DNA of 64,000 nt, from positions 355,136,001 to 355,200,000 of the forward strand of contig OZ024743.1 of assembly GCA_964016885.1 (NCBI GenBank), written 5' to 3'. This DNA comes from Eledone cirrhosa. Lineage: Eukaryota. Each line of letters starts with the position of its first letter. Within the stretch, counting starts at the first letter, position 1. The notes beneath the pieces were generated by a model. The model ran no database searches, had not been told where the DNA came from, and worked only from the letters and a program-made list of their open reading frames with translations. Both the position numbers and the translations under genes were made by a program. Below are positions 35,687 to 49,830 of the stretch, piece by piece.

Positions 35687-38600
35687 GTGACCCTTTCTCA
35701 CTTGCTCCGTTTATTATCCAACATTGCCGTACTTAGAATAGGCAGTATAAATGCACGTGGCCTGGGGTCATCTTGGAAGCAGAGTCACCTGCTCAACGAC
35801 CTCAGATCACTAAACATAGATGTGGTGGCCAGCAGCGAGACCAGAATCTCCGAAGCACGAGCCTTCACACCGATCTTCGGCGGCGACGATGTATACGCAT
35901 CTCCCAGCCGTCCAACTTCGAGGGAGGGGTTGCCGTCCTTTTTCGGAGAGGCGTGGATCTCGCCATACGGGCCATCTTCCTGGACCCAGAAGGTAAGTCG
36001 GCGGTTCTGGACGTGACCGGCAGCGAAGGCAATGCTTTCAGGCTAGTAGCCGTCTACGCCCCAACTGGGGCAGGACGGCCAGATTTCTTCAGACGTCTAG
36101 AGATCTTTCTTGGGACGTCCCACTCTTTAGTGTTAGTGAGCGATTGGAACGATATCTTGGATGCACGCTGGGATTGTGTGAGGCTAGTGGATAGGGGAGG
36201 AGGGTGCAAGAGCCTCACCAACCTGCTCAGACGTTTTGAACTGTCTGACAAGTTTCTACTGGATCAACCGAATGTGCCAATGTGGACATGGACAAACCTC
36301 ATCGGGTCATCCAGATCGTATCTCGATAGGGTATTTTGCCGAGAACTAGATAAGGCTAGTATAAGTTGTCCACAATTTAAAATAGTCGACTACACCGACC
36401 ACACATCTGTGACCTGTGAGATCAACATAGACAGACTTCATAGACAAGGACCCGGTTACTGGCAGCTGAACGCGTCTTTCCCGGCGCGCAAAGCCTAAGG
36501 AGACCGGATTAGCGTATTAGTTAAGCGGGCGTTGACGGGAGCGGTCGTCAACAACAGGTGGTGGTTCGCCCTGAAAGGGCAATTAAAGTAGAGTCGATTA
36601 GCTTTAGCAAAGGAGTAGTGATAGAGGAAAATAGAGTAGAGGGAGAGCTAGTCAGAAAGCTAGAAGAGGCGTTTAGGACAGGCATCGCAACCGACGTGCT
36701 TGCGGCGAGATTGGCACTCGACCAATTCTTCAACGCAAAACACGAAGGCTGCGTTGTCAGAGCTAGAGCGCGTGCTCTGAAACACGAGGGGACCAAAGCC
36801 GTCCAATGGGCCCGGGTGGCAGAGGCGCGACGTGGCAACAAAGCTACAATTCGGTCTTTGTCTGACCAAAACGGGTGCGTGATTCTCGAACCCGAGCGGA
36901 TGTGTGAAGCCTTTCAGCAGCACTTTGCTGAACTGTTCGGGAGCGGCGGCGGCGGCCAGGATCGGGGCATGGACTTCGATGGACTGCCTCGGCTCTCGAC
37001 GACCGCATCACAGTGTTGCGAAAAGCCAATAACAGCCGGTGAAATACGGGAAGCGATGGCTAACTGCACAAGGGGTAAATCGCCAGCTTTATGCATTTAT
37101 GCCAGACTTGTTCGGTGACCTCTTGGCAGACGTCTACTGCAACTGGTAGCAGAACGGGAGCATTCCCAGTTTTGTGAGCCGGGGAGCAGTGGCGCTGCTG
37201 AGAAAAGACCCGAACAAGGGGGATGTTATCGATAATTTCAGGCCCATAACCCTGCTAAACGCAGCCAAGGTGTTAGCAACGAGGTTGGCGCTTGTCGTCA
37301 AGGGTCTGGAGGGAGAGGCGCAGATATGCGCCATTCCGGACAGATCCATACACGACAACCTCCACCTCATGCGATATATCTTGGAGAGGGTGTTTAAGAA
37401 ACCTGGCACGTGTGGGGCCCTGATCAACTTGGATCAATCCAAAGCATCCGATAAGGTCGACCATCGGTACCTGGCGGCGGTCCTCGAGACAGCCGGTTTC
37501 GGGCCCGTTTTCAGGGGTTGGATCGCTGCGATGTACAGCGACATCTGCTCAGTTGTGAGGGTGAACGGTCACCTGTCGCAGCAGTTCAGTATCATGCGCT
37601 CGGTCCGCCATGGTTCTCCCCTCTCGTCCCTCTTGTACGTATTGGCTCTCAAGCCGTTACTGCACAAACTGGGGGCGATGAGGGGCGTCCCACGCAAACT
37701 AGGATGCGGGAAATCCGAGTCGGCTTTCGCCGCCGACGTTACCGTGGTGGTGCCGATCACCAGACACGTCCAGATGTGCGGCACCGCTCTCAAGGAATAC
37801 GAAGCGGTGACAGGAGCAAAGATGAACCAGGAAATGTCGATGGGCTTGCAGCTCGCCACCTGGAGAGGCAAGTCCATGCCGTCCCACAGCGTCGTGGGGC
37901 GTTGGACGGACGGACCGGTTAAATTGCTCGGGGTCTGGTTCGGACCGGACCTCCAGATGGAGAAAAACTGGAGCGAGATGACGAGCAAGGTGGCCTCCCT
38001 CACCCAGAAATGGGCCGAGAGGAAGCTGTCCCTGAAAAGCCGGGCGGAGGTGGCGCATGCGTACATCGCATCCGTCATCTGCTACCGCCTCACCGTCGTC
38101 GCTTGCCCCGGCCCAACTCTCACGCTTTCTGTGGAAGGGACGCGCTCCCATGGTTAGACGAATCATCTGCTGTCAACACCCGTTGTGTGGGGGACTGGGC
38201 GTGCCATGGCTGATGAGGCGCAAACATGCGCTGAGGCTGCGACATCTCTGGTGCTTCCTTGACGGTGAACCGTGTGGTCGACGTTCGCCAGGCACGTTTT
38301 CCCACAGCTCGTCTCCTTGACGGAGCTGCAGTCCTGGGTCAGCTGAGTCAGCCGAGCCTGACCGTGATGCGCGCAGAGCGACGAAACCTTCGTGCACGCA
38401 CTCGTTCAGTGCCCGAGCATTGCTGACTTGTGGAGCTATGTCTTACAGTTGCTGTCGCTTGTAGGACTGATCCGGTTATCGACTGAGTCCATTGTGCAGA
38501 TAGTCTCGCCGTCTTCCTTCGAGGAGGAAGGGCAGGCGGTTTCATCTTGTGTGGTGGACAAAGCTGAAAGGGTTAAAGACGGACACTTTCCTCTTCGGCG

Positions 38601-38749
38601 AATCCCTAATTAACTTTTTCTAGTTTCACTTGAAGAGGAAAATCAGGGTGGAGAGGCAAGTGCTCTCTTCTAGCAAGTTTGTTGAAAGGTGGGTGAATGT
38701 AGCGGGGTTGGTCCGAGTGAACCGGACCGCTCTGAATATACGTCTGTAG
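35687..38749 (+). pseudogene. Tx1 ORF2 (AP endonuclease plus reverse transcriptase), disrupted
   Basis: IGSINARGL, LVAVYAP, DWN, SYLDRVF, TDH; FRPITLLN, LDQSKASDKVDH, VRHGSPLS, FAADVT (YADD mutated); several frameshifts and stops. Confidence 0.9.
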
Positions 38750-39084
38750 TTTGAGAAATGGAAAAATTGAAAGAGGGCGCTTGCCCTGGTGGTCAGGGGG
38801 GCCGTGGTTTTTTGTGTGGTTTTCGCCATGAGTAATCTTCGGAGGTCCCCCCCCCCCCCCTATTGGGGAATTTTGAAATTGTTACAATTTTCATTTTTAT
38901 TGTTTATATATATATATGTGTCTATGTCTTTTCCTTTTCTTTTCTTATATAAATAATAAAAATCTTTACACGCACAAAACCCAAATCGTACCGTCCTGTA
39001 CCGTCCTGTGCCGTCTGTAATGTTTTTCTTGATATCAGACCTTGTGGCCAATAAAGAAATCATTATTATTATTATTGTTATTAT

Positions 39085-39145
39085 TATGGGTTTTTTTTTT
39101 CTTGTGCAATGGCCATACTCGATAACGAGGAGTCAGCCATCATGT
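39085..39145 (+). mobile_element. Type C 3' tail, probably the continuation of 29155-29487
   Basis: GTGCAATGGCCATACTCGATAACGAGGAGTCAGCCATCATG followed by (TATG)n. Confidence 0.7.
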
Positions 39146-39167
39146 ATGTATGTATGTATGTATTATG

Positions 39168-39672
39168 TAAGGTCGCTCTCGAGTGTTACTGGTAACAGGT
39201 AACCCAGTACAACCTGTCTCGTGGTCGGGGGGTCGTCGGCGACTAAACCGGCAGTCCCACCAAGCTTGCTTGGTGAGGAGGGTTATATGTGGGCACCCTG
39301 CGGGATGAAATACAAAACCCGACAAAGGGCCGAGGAACCCAGTAGAGTCAACGACTATCCAAATCGCACTTTTATTTTTCACTCGGGAGTATTCACAACA
39401 CCTTTCGAGTAGAGAGAAACTCTGAAAAAAAAAAACCTGTGTCTTCGGAAGCATTCGATGATGTTGACCAGTTCTCCTTTTCGGGTAGTGTTTTCGATAA
39501 TCAGTGAGTGGGATTGGTCGAGTGATATGCCTTTCCCCACTTAAAAACCTTCAAAGCACAGGCATTGCTTGTTCAGGATATGTTACAGTCTGGCGTTAGC
39601 CTAAAGGTGCACTATTTTCTTTTATCTGACAAGCGATTACAATATACTTAGCAGAGTTTGCAGCCATCATGT
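39168..39672 (+). mobile_element. Type B RTE-derived element
   Basis: Homologous to 20151-20641; TATG flanks. Confidence 0.88.
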
Positions 39673-39835
39673 ATGCATGTATGCATGCATGTATGTATGT
39701 ATGTATGTATGTATGTATGTATGTATGTATGTATGTATGTATGTGTGTATGTATGGATGTATGTGTGTATGTATGTATGTATGCATGTATGTATGTATGT
39801 ATGTATGTATGTATGTGTGTATGTGTGTATGTATG

Positions 39836-42800
39836 TTCTTCTGGTTTTATAATTTCATAAAGTTTTACCAATAGAGAGAGAGTCGGTTTCTAACATAGAC
39901 ACAAGACTCTCTCATTGGAATTTACACAACATCAACTAGGTAGAAATGTATGCATGCATGTGTAGATATGGATGTCATTGTATGTGTGGATGTGTATGTT
40001 TTGAGTTGTATGTGTGCATGTGTATATGCTTTATATCTGTACATGTGTATATGCAGTTATTAGATGCAACATTTTTGGAATGTTTTACATAGTTTTACTG
40101 TTCCATTAATGGATTGTACTTGTAATTTCCTAACTAGTTGTGTTTTTTCTGTTCCTGTGAAGCCTAGCTTCTCAAGATTTGTATTTAGGCAGTTACTAAC
40201 ATATCCCAGTGCCCCAATAATCACAGGCATAAATCTGAAGGTGTAATAAGGGTGGAGTATCTGCAGATTTCTCATCACTTCTGCATAAATATTCTCCCTT
40301 TCACTAATCTTTGATATTATATTGGCATCTGTTGGGCAGCTAATTTACACTACTGTGCATGTTTTCTTCTCACTGTCCCATATCATAATATCTGGTCTGT
40401 TATGACTGCATTTTATTGGGGTTTTTACTGGAACATTCCACCAGTACTCTTTCATATTATGTACATGGATGTCTTCCACATTGCTGTAGCTTTTTATGTG
40501 TTTATGTTTTTTACGAACTGCATTGTACAGTATTTTGGCCACTACATCATGCCTCATGGGTAGATAGTACCGCGATGACATCTTTGGACAGCTGCTGATG
40601 ACATGGGTGATATCCTCGATGTTAGTTCTGCAGAGTCTGCACTTGTTATCACATCTAGATGTTTTGCCTGCATCCCTATCTCTTTTGTGAATCAGGTATT
40701 TCGGGCTAATCTCCTGTTCCTGGATTGCAAAAGCGTATCCTTCAAAGTGGGAGTCAATATAGCGGTTGTTGGTCCAAGATAGACTACTTTCCTTATCTAT
40801 ATTACTCTCACTCTGGAGCTTCCTGGAAACATATCCATGCATGATTTTTTGCTGATAGGCATGCAGTTTTTCATTCATGGATTCACTGCTATACTGCTGA
40901 GCGACATCCCTTGGTGTGAGTTTTTGATTATCACACAGGGAATAACTCTCAAGGAGTTCCCTCCCAACTCTCATGATCTTATCTGTTTCATGCAGATAGA
41001 TTTGCTCGAGAAACGGGCTCCTACGCTTCGAGATTCGTAGATGTTGTCGGAGAGATATGATGCGACATTCAAATGTTGTCTGGATTGATGTTAGGCCTCT
41101 GCCTCCCTGCTTACGTTTCAAGTAAAGGCGGTCTATGTCACTGTTGATGTGGAAGTTTCCGGTTTTGTTCAGTATTTTTCGAGTTCCAAGATCAACTGCT
41201 CGGATTTCGTCTATCGTTCAATTGAGTATTCCAAACGTTGGTGTTAGGACAGACACAAAAACACATTGTGAGCGACTGTTTTCTTTTGTGCAGAGAGTTC
41301 CGTTAACCAGATCTTTCTTAATCGGGTGTAGTATTCCCTGGTTACGCGTTCTTTATTACAGATACCATTATAGGATATGTTCTCATCTATCCCCAGGTAT
41401 CTGTAGCAGTCCTCATCAGATATCGGTGAAACAGTTAGACGACAATGTTGCTAGATTGGTTTGTTGTTTTTCCCCGCTTTACAGTCATGTATGAGCATTT
41501 ATCTTGGCCAAACTCCATTCCTATATTCTTTGAGAACGTTGTAACCAGGTCAAGATTTTTCTTCATCCCATCCATGTTCTTGGCATAGAGTTTCAGATCG
41601 TCCACAAAGAAATTATGGGTTAGGTTCGTATTCCTGTCCTCCTGTGAGCCAATGATGTATCCCTCACATTTCTTGAGCAGAAAGGACAAGGGGTTTAATG
41701 ACAAGATGAACAATATCACAGAGAGACTGTCCCCCTGAAATATACCCCTGCAATATTTTATTTTATCAGTGAAAATAGAGTCCTCCCTCTCTGTCTTTAA
41801 CCTTAGGATAGTAGCCCAAGAAGAAGACAGCCTCTCTATGGCTCTGACAATAATGTCTGGGACTTTAGCAAGTTGGAGGGCCTCTATCATCCAAGAGTGG
41901 GGAACAGAATCGAAAGCTTTCCTGTAGTCCAGCCAGACTGTAGTCATATTCCTCCTAAGTTGTCGCACCTCCGACATCGCAGGTTTGTTGATTAGGAGTT
42001 GTTCAGCACATCCCCAAACCCCTTTCTTTCCAGCTGCTTGTTCATCTGTGATGATGTTATTATTTTCACAGTGATCTTGGAGGAATAGGTTCAGGCAGGC
42101 TGTATACATCTTATGCATCAGGTTCTGGCATGTAATGGGTTGGTAGTTTTTTGCCAAGTGGGTGTCTTTGTTCTTGGGGACCAGTAATGTTTGTGCTAAT
42201 GTCAACCATTCTGGTATAAGTGTATCTCCCTTAAGAACTTGTTGGTAGAGGTCAGTAAGATATCTCCGATAGAATATTAGTTTGTTGTACCAGTAGCCGA
42301 CAATCATGTCTCTTCCTGGTGTTTTCTTATCTTGGAGTTTTCCTATCACAGTCGCAAGGGTACCCTCACTTATTTCATATGTTTTTGTTGTAGTGTAGGA
42401 GCAATAGTTCTTTCGGATTTCTCTTAGCCACACTGCATCTTGGTTGAAATTCTTCTTTTCACCCCATACTTTTCTCCAAAAGGATCTGTCTTTCTGGGAT
42501 GGGGCCTCAGTGACACTTATTATTTTGCCCTTCATATCTCTATAGACTGATGTTTGGTTTCGTCTGAATCTTTTATTAAGCACTTTTCTCCCATCTACCT
42601 TCTTCAGGTATCGGCGTTTTTCGCTAACAGCTCTCAATTCTTGTTTGAGGGTGATCAGCTTATATTGGAGAGTTCTGGTTCTACTGTTACCACACATCGT
42701 CTCTATTTTATTTTTCACTCTTTGTTGGTGAGGAGTGAGTTTTTTTTGTCTTTGTTTGCATGTAAGGAGCATTGTCACATGTCCTATGTTTTTTCGTAGG

Positions 42801-44685
42801 TCAGCACTCATTTTTTCTATTTTAGTTATATATGATGGTATTTTTGGTGGTGTTTTGTTGTGTTAATATCTCTGCTATCACCAAGATAATGCTTCACTGT
42901 CATTGCTAAGGCATATAAACAGGCGTTGATTTGCCAAAATGTTGGGGTTTTTATCCGTCGTAATTATTCATCCCCTATTTCGTCAATAACACGTAGTATT
43001 TCATTATTTGGTTATTTATTCACCATTGTCATTTTAACACGTTCAGCAAGAGAGATATTTATACATGAGTTAATTTCTCTCTGGAAGATTTCGTGGAGGG
43101 AAATTTTCAATTGTTTATACTTTTGATTATCATTAACGATAGTATTTTCCACAACGGTCGAGGTAGACTCGGATAGTACACGTGGTGTCACATATATTCG
43201 ATTATTATTAATATTTCTTCAATTATTATTATTATCGATAGTGTTTTTCCCCAGCATTCGAGGTAGACTTAGATGGTACAGGTGGTGTCAAGTTTCTCAC
43301 ACGCATAGTTGTTTCAAGGCGCTGTTCGACCTGGCTGCTAGGAAGTCTAGTAGCATGGCGACCTGTAGCACGTGTTGTTGATTCCGTGTTTGTTGTGGGG
43401 GACTTACAATTAATAATACTAGCTGACGTACCCAGCTTCGCACGGGTAAACAGATAAGAGAAGACAGGTAAAAGAGAAAATGACTGTATTGGATGTTTGT
43501 CTGGTTACAGTATGAGGCGAGTCCGTGGTGTCTGTGTGATACAAAAAACAATTTAAAAAATCTTCCAGATATACCAGATTCTTCGTTATTTCGAGCAATT
43601 GCCAAAAAATGACAATAATAAATATGAAAGCTGTCCGTCAATATAAAAAAGGTCCCTATTTACGCCCTTCACAACTTTGTGTAGACTGACAGACAGGCAC
43701 ACAGACAAATAAACTGAGTGGCGATTGTGGAACGCCGCACGTACACACACATATACGCATGGAAACGCGCACATGCACCCGTGCATGCACTTACACACAC
43801 GCACACACGTTGATAGTTTTTACTTCCTGTGGAACGCTGCACGCACGCACACACACAAACATACGCTCACGTACATACACACGCACACATGTTAATAGTT
43901 ATTGCTTTCCTTCCCCTCTTATTTCCACACACATCACACACAAACATGTCTCTACACTGACACATATACATAGTGTATCCAACACGGCGTTCATTTTGCC
44001 TCTCTGTTTCTTACTCTCCCCTCTCACTCCCTCATTGGCATTATGCATATTAATTTAAGTTTGGCGTCATTGAGGTGGACGGAGTCGTTTGAAACCTACG
44101 AACCAATGATAATCGAGAATTATGACACACGGAATACTGACATTGTTGAAATTAATATATAGATTTATCTTATTTTTACGTTCAACAAACGTCGCTTGTT
44201 GGCGTAATTGTTTCGCTGTGAAATAATTTAGCTCTGGGTGCATTTCGTCCCAGTGTAGCTTCATTCTATTCATATAGCCAATGGAGGGATTGTTTTTTCT
44301 ATTTTATAACAATTAAATAAATCATTATTAAGTTCGCAACCCCAAGAGAAATGCGATATATAATTTCGGTTTCTTCTGTAGCTACAACTGAATAAAGTTT
44401 GATTACCTTCTTTGTTATTTGTCTTCGATACTTCCTTAATTTTTTTGTTGATGTTGTGTTCAGCCATGCTGTTTGTAGCAAATCCTTGTAAAATGAATTA
44501 TGTATTTAGTCGGATATCTCTACGAATTCGAATAAAAGGTGTCTTCAGAAGGGATAGTTTGAAGAATAACCAGTTATTCAACCTGGCTGTAGTTGTGGCA
44601 TTACTGTCGGAGATAGTATTCATCTTAAATTTAATAAATAGTCTCCCACGCCAAAATATGCGACTGATCGCGTTGACTGATGGAA
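39836..44685 (-). mobile_element. Second R4-clade RLE LINE family, near full length, flanked on both sides by (CATA)n; interrupted at ~43.3-44.05 kb
   Basis: ORF 41435-42811 (WLDYRKAFDSVPH, GIFQGDSLS, FFVDDLKLYA, GMEFGQDKC); ORF 40345-41121 (CRLC..HVISSC..RHD..HNRPDIMIWD); N-terminal piece RMKLHWDEMHPE..LRQQA at 44067-44273. Confidence 0.88.
43419..44050 (-). mobile_element. Helitron-like insertion inside the R4 element (5' end uncertain)
   Basis: A|CTAGCTGACGTACCCAGCTTCGCACGGG resembles the terminus at 25268. Confidence 0.55.
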
Positions 44686-44813
44686 TGTATGTATGTATGT
44701 ATGTATGTATGTATGTATGTATGTATGTATGTATGTATGTATGTGTGTATGTATGTGTGTATGTATGTATGTATGTATATATGTATGTATGTATATATGT
44801 ATGTATGTATGTG

Positions 44814-45580
44814 TCAAGTGGTCGTCTTACAAACCTGATGCTGGGGTACTTGAGAAAGCGGATAGCACCATTATTAGAAGGAGGATTATTATGAACCAGA
44901 TGCATTGGGCTGGTTATGTGGTCAGGACTGAAGATGGAAGGCTGCCTAAACAGCTATATTAGGGAGAGGAGCTGATCAGAGGGAAAATGTCACAGCATAA
45001 ACCAAAGAAGTGGTTTAAGGATTTCATAAAAGATAATCTTAAATCTCTGAAGATTGATATGGAGAACTGGGAGAGACTGACTGGAGGCCGTTCATCATGG
45101 AGAAAGATCATCAAATATGGATGTGATATCTTTGAGAAAAGTCGCGTGGAGCATGCTGTTTTGAAGCTTTTACTTCGTAAGTGGGACTCAAGTGCAGTGC
45201 CTGCAAAAGTCTAACAGGAATTGATGTACAATGTATGTGGGCGATTTCATCTAACACGAGCTGGTTTTGTTAACCATCTGAAATCACGTGAGCCAGGAAG
45301 AAATCGAGCCAACTGTGAGATGGTTCTACCGCCACACAATTCACGGTACATTTGAAGTGAGTGTCCCAATTTGTAAGTCAGTTGGTGGACTGACCAGACA
45401 TGGTAAAGTGCATGAAGACACACCACAGCCGGTATTACCAGGAGACAGACAGTTCAATTGTCACATCTGTGAACGTACCTGCAAGACAAAAGCTGGTCTG
45501 AAAAGTCACCTGCGTGCACATATCGTGCAATGTTCAATGAAGGGATGGCACTCTTCTGACAAGAAGTAGCAATCAGCATG
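44814..45580 (+). mobile_element. RTE LINE 3' fragment with C-terminal C2H2 zinc fingers
   Basis: WAGYVVRTEDGRLPKQLY, KPKKWFKDFIKDNLK, CHICERTCKTKAGLKSHLRAH; (TATG)n on both sides. Confidence 0.88.
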
Positions 45581-45700
45581 TATGTATGTATGTATGTATG
45601 TATGTATGTATGTATGTATGTATGTATGTATGTATGTATGTATGTATTTATGTATGTATGTATGTATGTATGTAAGTATGTATGAATGTATGTATGTATG

Positions 45701-46309
45701 TCAGTCACCAGTTGGTGCTACTGGTAACATGTATCCCAGTACAACCTCTCCCATGGTCGGGTCGTTGGCGACTAAACTGGCAACCCTACCAAGGTTTCTT
45801 GGTGAGGAGAGTGACTTTGGACATCCTGCAGGACTAAAAACAAAACCTGTCAAAGGCCAAAGGAGCTCTTAAGAGTCAATGGCCATCCAAAATCACCGGG
45901 AGAGATGACCCCTTAGCCTTTGTCAAGGCAGAATTCTAGGAGAAGGAAAACTCTGTTATAACACCTGCAACCCTGATGGTATCCAATGATGTTTACTTGT
46001 TCTTCTTTTTGGTAAATATCATATTGGTTAAGAGAGTGGGACTGGCTTTGTGCAGTGCCCTTGCTCACTATAAAAGTTTCACGGCACAGGCATTGCTTTA
46101 TATCTGGAGATCTCTTTGCACTTGTCGTCAGGTGGTACCATGGGCCCAGCACTATGTGTCAATAATTGTCACAAGTGTAGTGTTTGTACCAGAGTTTTCA
46201 AGTCGCTGGCTGGACTAAAAAGTCACACTCGTTCAGCGCATTGGTAGGGGTTCTCCTACATGGATATAAAGTAGTGGCCGTACTCGAAAACGAGTTGGCA
46301 GCCACTATG
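45701..46309 (+). mobile_element. Type A RTE-derived element
   Basis: Homologous to 27632-28239; (TATG)n flanks. Confidence 0.92.
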
Positions 46310-46341
46310 TTTGTATGTATGTATGTATGTATGTATGTGTG

Positions 46342-46375
<34 letters not shown>

Positions 46376-46666
46376 TGCATGTATGTATGTATGTATGTAT
46401 GTATGTATGTATGTACGTATGTATGTATGCATATTGGTATCTAATACGTATGTGTATGTACTTATATGTGCATACGTATATGTATTTATGCTGCATGTTT
46501 TAATGTATGCATATTTTTATGTATGCATGTATTTTTATGTATGCATGTATATATGCATTTATTTATGCATGCATTTATGTGTTTATGTATGCATACAATT
46601 ATGTTTGTATGTATGTATCTGTCTACGGATTTTAACATATGTAGTATTAACATTAATTAATATAAC

Positions 46667-46847
46667 GGTGGATTGGCAGTATCGGTAGAGGGTCGGACGC
46701 CATGCTTTCCAGCATAGTTACGTCCCTTTACGATCTGAGTTCAAATCCCGCCGAGGTTAACTTTGCCTTTCATCCTTACGGGGTCGATAAAATAAAGTAC
46801 CAGTAATGCACTGGGTTATTGCTGGCCTTGTGCCTAAAGTAGAAACA
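46667..46847 (+). mobile_element. S1 SINE with 15-bp TSD
   Basis: ATTAATTAATATAAC at 46652-46666 and 46848-46862. Confidence 0.92.
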
Positions 46848-47852
46848 ATTAATTAATATAACTAATGACCTGTCATCAGATGTAGTCAAGAAACGTGAAA
46901 ATAGACAAGTGGCACATACTTAACAAGGAGGATAGTACATACAGGATTCAAACAAGCTCACAGAAATATGATTTATAAAGATTTATAGACACTTTTCCCC
47001 ACATTTCTAATACGTTTAAAATGATATTCAATCCAAACTGGTGTTTGAAATCTTTCAACGCACACAACGCAAATATGGCACCCATCAGAAGCGCTTAGTG
47101 TCCCTTGCTTGTCAGATGTAACACTCAGCTGAATATTAATCCTTGTTTTATCTCGGACAAAACGTGGGGGGTTCTGCTGTCTGGCATAAGATGGTGCGGG
47201 TGAGTGAGTCGTATTTATATTCTTTCATTTTCTTTAATAGATTTTATGCAGGTATTTATAGTTGAGATACAGTGGGTTCACATACACGTAACATACAATA
47301 ACACGCATATAGAAACAGTAAAGTCTGTTGTGTCTATGCTTGTTTATTTGTTTGTATGTATGTATGCATGTATGCAACTGTTTGTGAGTCTGCTGTAACT
47401 AGAAATAAAATTCAACCAATAATCAGATTCGTCACACTTTTCCATTTGTATTAACGTGTCATATTTTCAATGAAACAATATTAACACACACAGACATGCG
47501 TACATGCACGTGCGTATGTGCATGTTTGTGTGTGTGTAGGTATTAATATATACATACATATCTACATACTGTAAACTGCATGCATTTTCATTACTCATTT
47601 TTTAAGCCCATTCTCTTGTAGTAACTGTAGTGAACAATCTGGATAAGGGTAAAACCTCAGGGAATATTATACATCCTTAATACACACACACACTTCACGA
47701 TAGTCGCGAGTATGTATCTATAGTCACCTAGTGGTATTAACAGCCATGTTTCGATTTTAATATTAAACAAATATCAATCCCAATATTTTATTTAGCAACC
47801 TTTGATGGATGAAAGGCAAAGTTACATAACGTATGTAAGGTTGATTAATAAT

Positions 47853-48034
47853 TGTTTCTACTTTTGTCACAAGGCCAGCAATTACGCCAGTGCATTACTG
47901 GTGTTTTATTTTATCGACCCCGAAAGGATGAAATGCAAAGTTAACCTCGGCGGGATTTTAACTCAGAACGTAAAGGAAAATTACTCTATGCTGCAAAGCA
48001 TTGTGTCTGACGCTTTACCGATACTGCCAATTAA
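47853..48034 (-). mobile_element. S1 SINE with 16-bp TSD
   Basis: AAGGTTGATTAATAAT at 47837-47852 and 48035-48050. Confidence 0.9.
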
Positions 48035-48833
48035 AAGGTTGATTAATAATAGGACCTAGTATCGCAGGATTGCACGAACTCAGCACTCCGAGGTAAAGAA
48101 TTATTCAAGAATTTAATATTTTTCCAACTGGCTACAATCACTATATATTCCAACGTTATCATATTCATATACATACATCGTAGTTTTCAGATATTCTGTA
48201 AACAAATTCAATCGCCCGTTCCTTTGCATATGAACAATTCCTTTATAATATAATTATGCATGTTGACAGTAAAGACTAAGAGTAAAATAATAGAAGTCAA
48301 TCCTGTTGTTAAAAAGCATGGGCTCAGTGAAAAAAGTCTCTTAAATCAGGTTTCGATATTTAACCAGTCTACCTCTGCCTTCATTACACACCACTCTACT
48401 AATTTTTCTCCGCCTAAACATCTTTCGCTTAATACCTATTTTAGAAACCAATATTGTGAATGGGCGTTCACAATATAAGGCTGGCCTTTTCATTTCATGA
48501 ATCGATACCTGATTCCCTCAAATATATTTACCTGTATGTATTTTCTCTCATTCACCCATGTTATCTTATTAAATACATAAAGACTCCGCCCATATTCTTC
48601 CCTTTTCTCCTTTTCTGGTAATCACATTCTCTCTCAATATCTTCATTCTTTCATTCCTATCTTTCTCTTTCTGCTTTCTGTCTATTTTTCTGGTCCCCCT
48701 CTCTTAAATATCTACCCTTTCTATATTCTATGTTCTTTTTCCTCATTTCCCTTGAACTTTTATTATGCTATTACTTTTTACACACACGCAATTCTCCACA
48801 TATTTTTTCAGGTATATACTGTATATTATTATG

Positions 48834-49830
<997 letters not shown>

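Larger units (their letters stand above)
33525..39076 (+). mobile_element. Tx1/L1-clade non-LTR retrotransposon, near full length, (ATT)n tail
   Basis: ORF1 with CCHC knuckle; ORF2 with APE and RT motifs; 3'UTR ends CCTTGTGGCCAATAAAGAAATC(ATT)n; GC-rich island in an AT-rich background. Confidence 0.93.

Noticed and set aside
38205-38235. CTGATGA as a hammerhead core (also CTGAAGA at 9723 and CTGACGA at 20942)
   Set aside because: No compatible set of stems I-III with GAAA; the first lies inside Tx1 coding sequence.
39168-39300. Twister or HDV ribozyme in the RTE-derived head (TAA..GTCCC..AAGC..GAGGAGGGTT; ACC-TGTCTCGT-GGT)
   Set aside because: Motif fragments are present, but I could not assemble P2/P4/T2 of twister or P1.1/P3 of HDV consistently across copies.
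45288-45569. Host C2H2 zinc-finger gene (a family expanded in octopus)
   Set aside because: It directly follows RTE ORF motifs and precedes an RTE tail; no TGEKP linkers.
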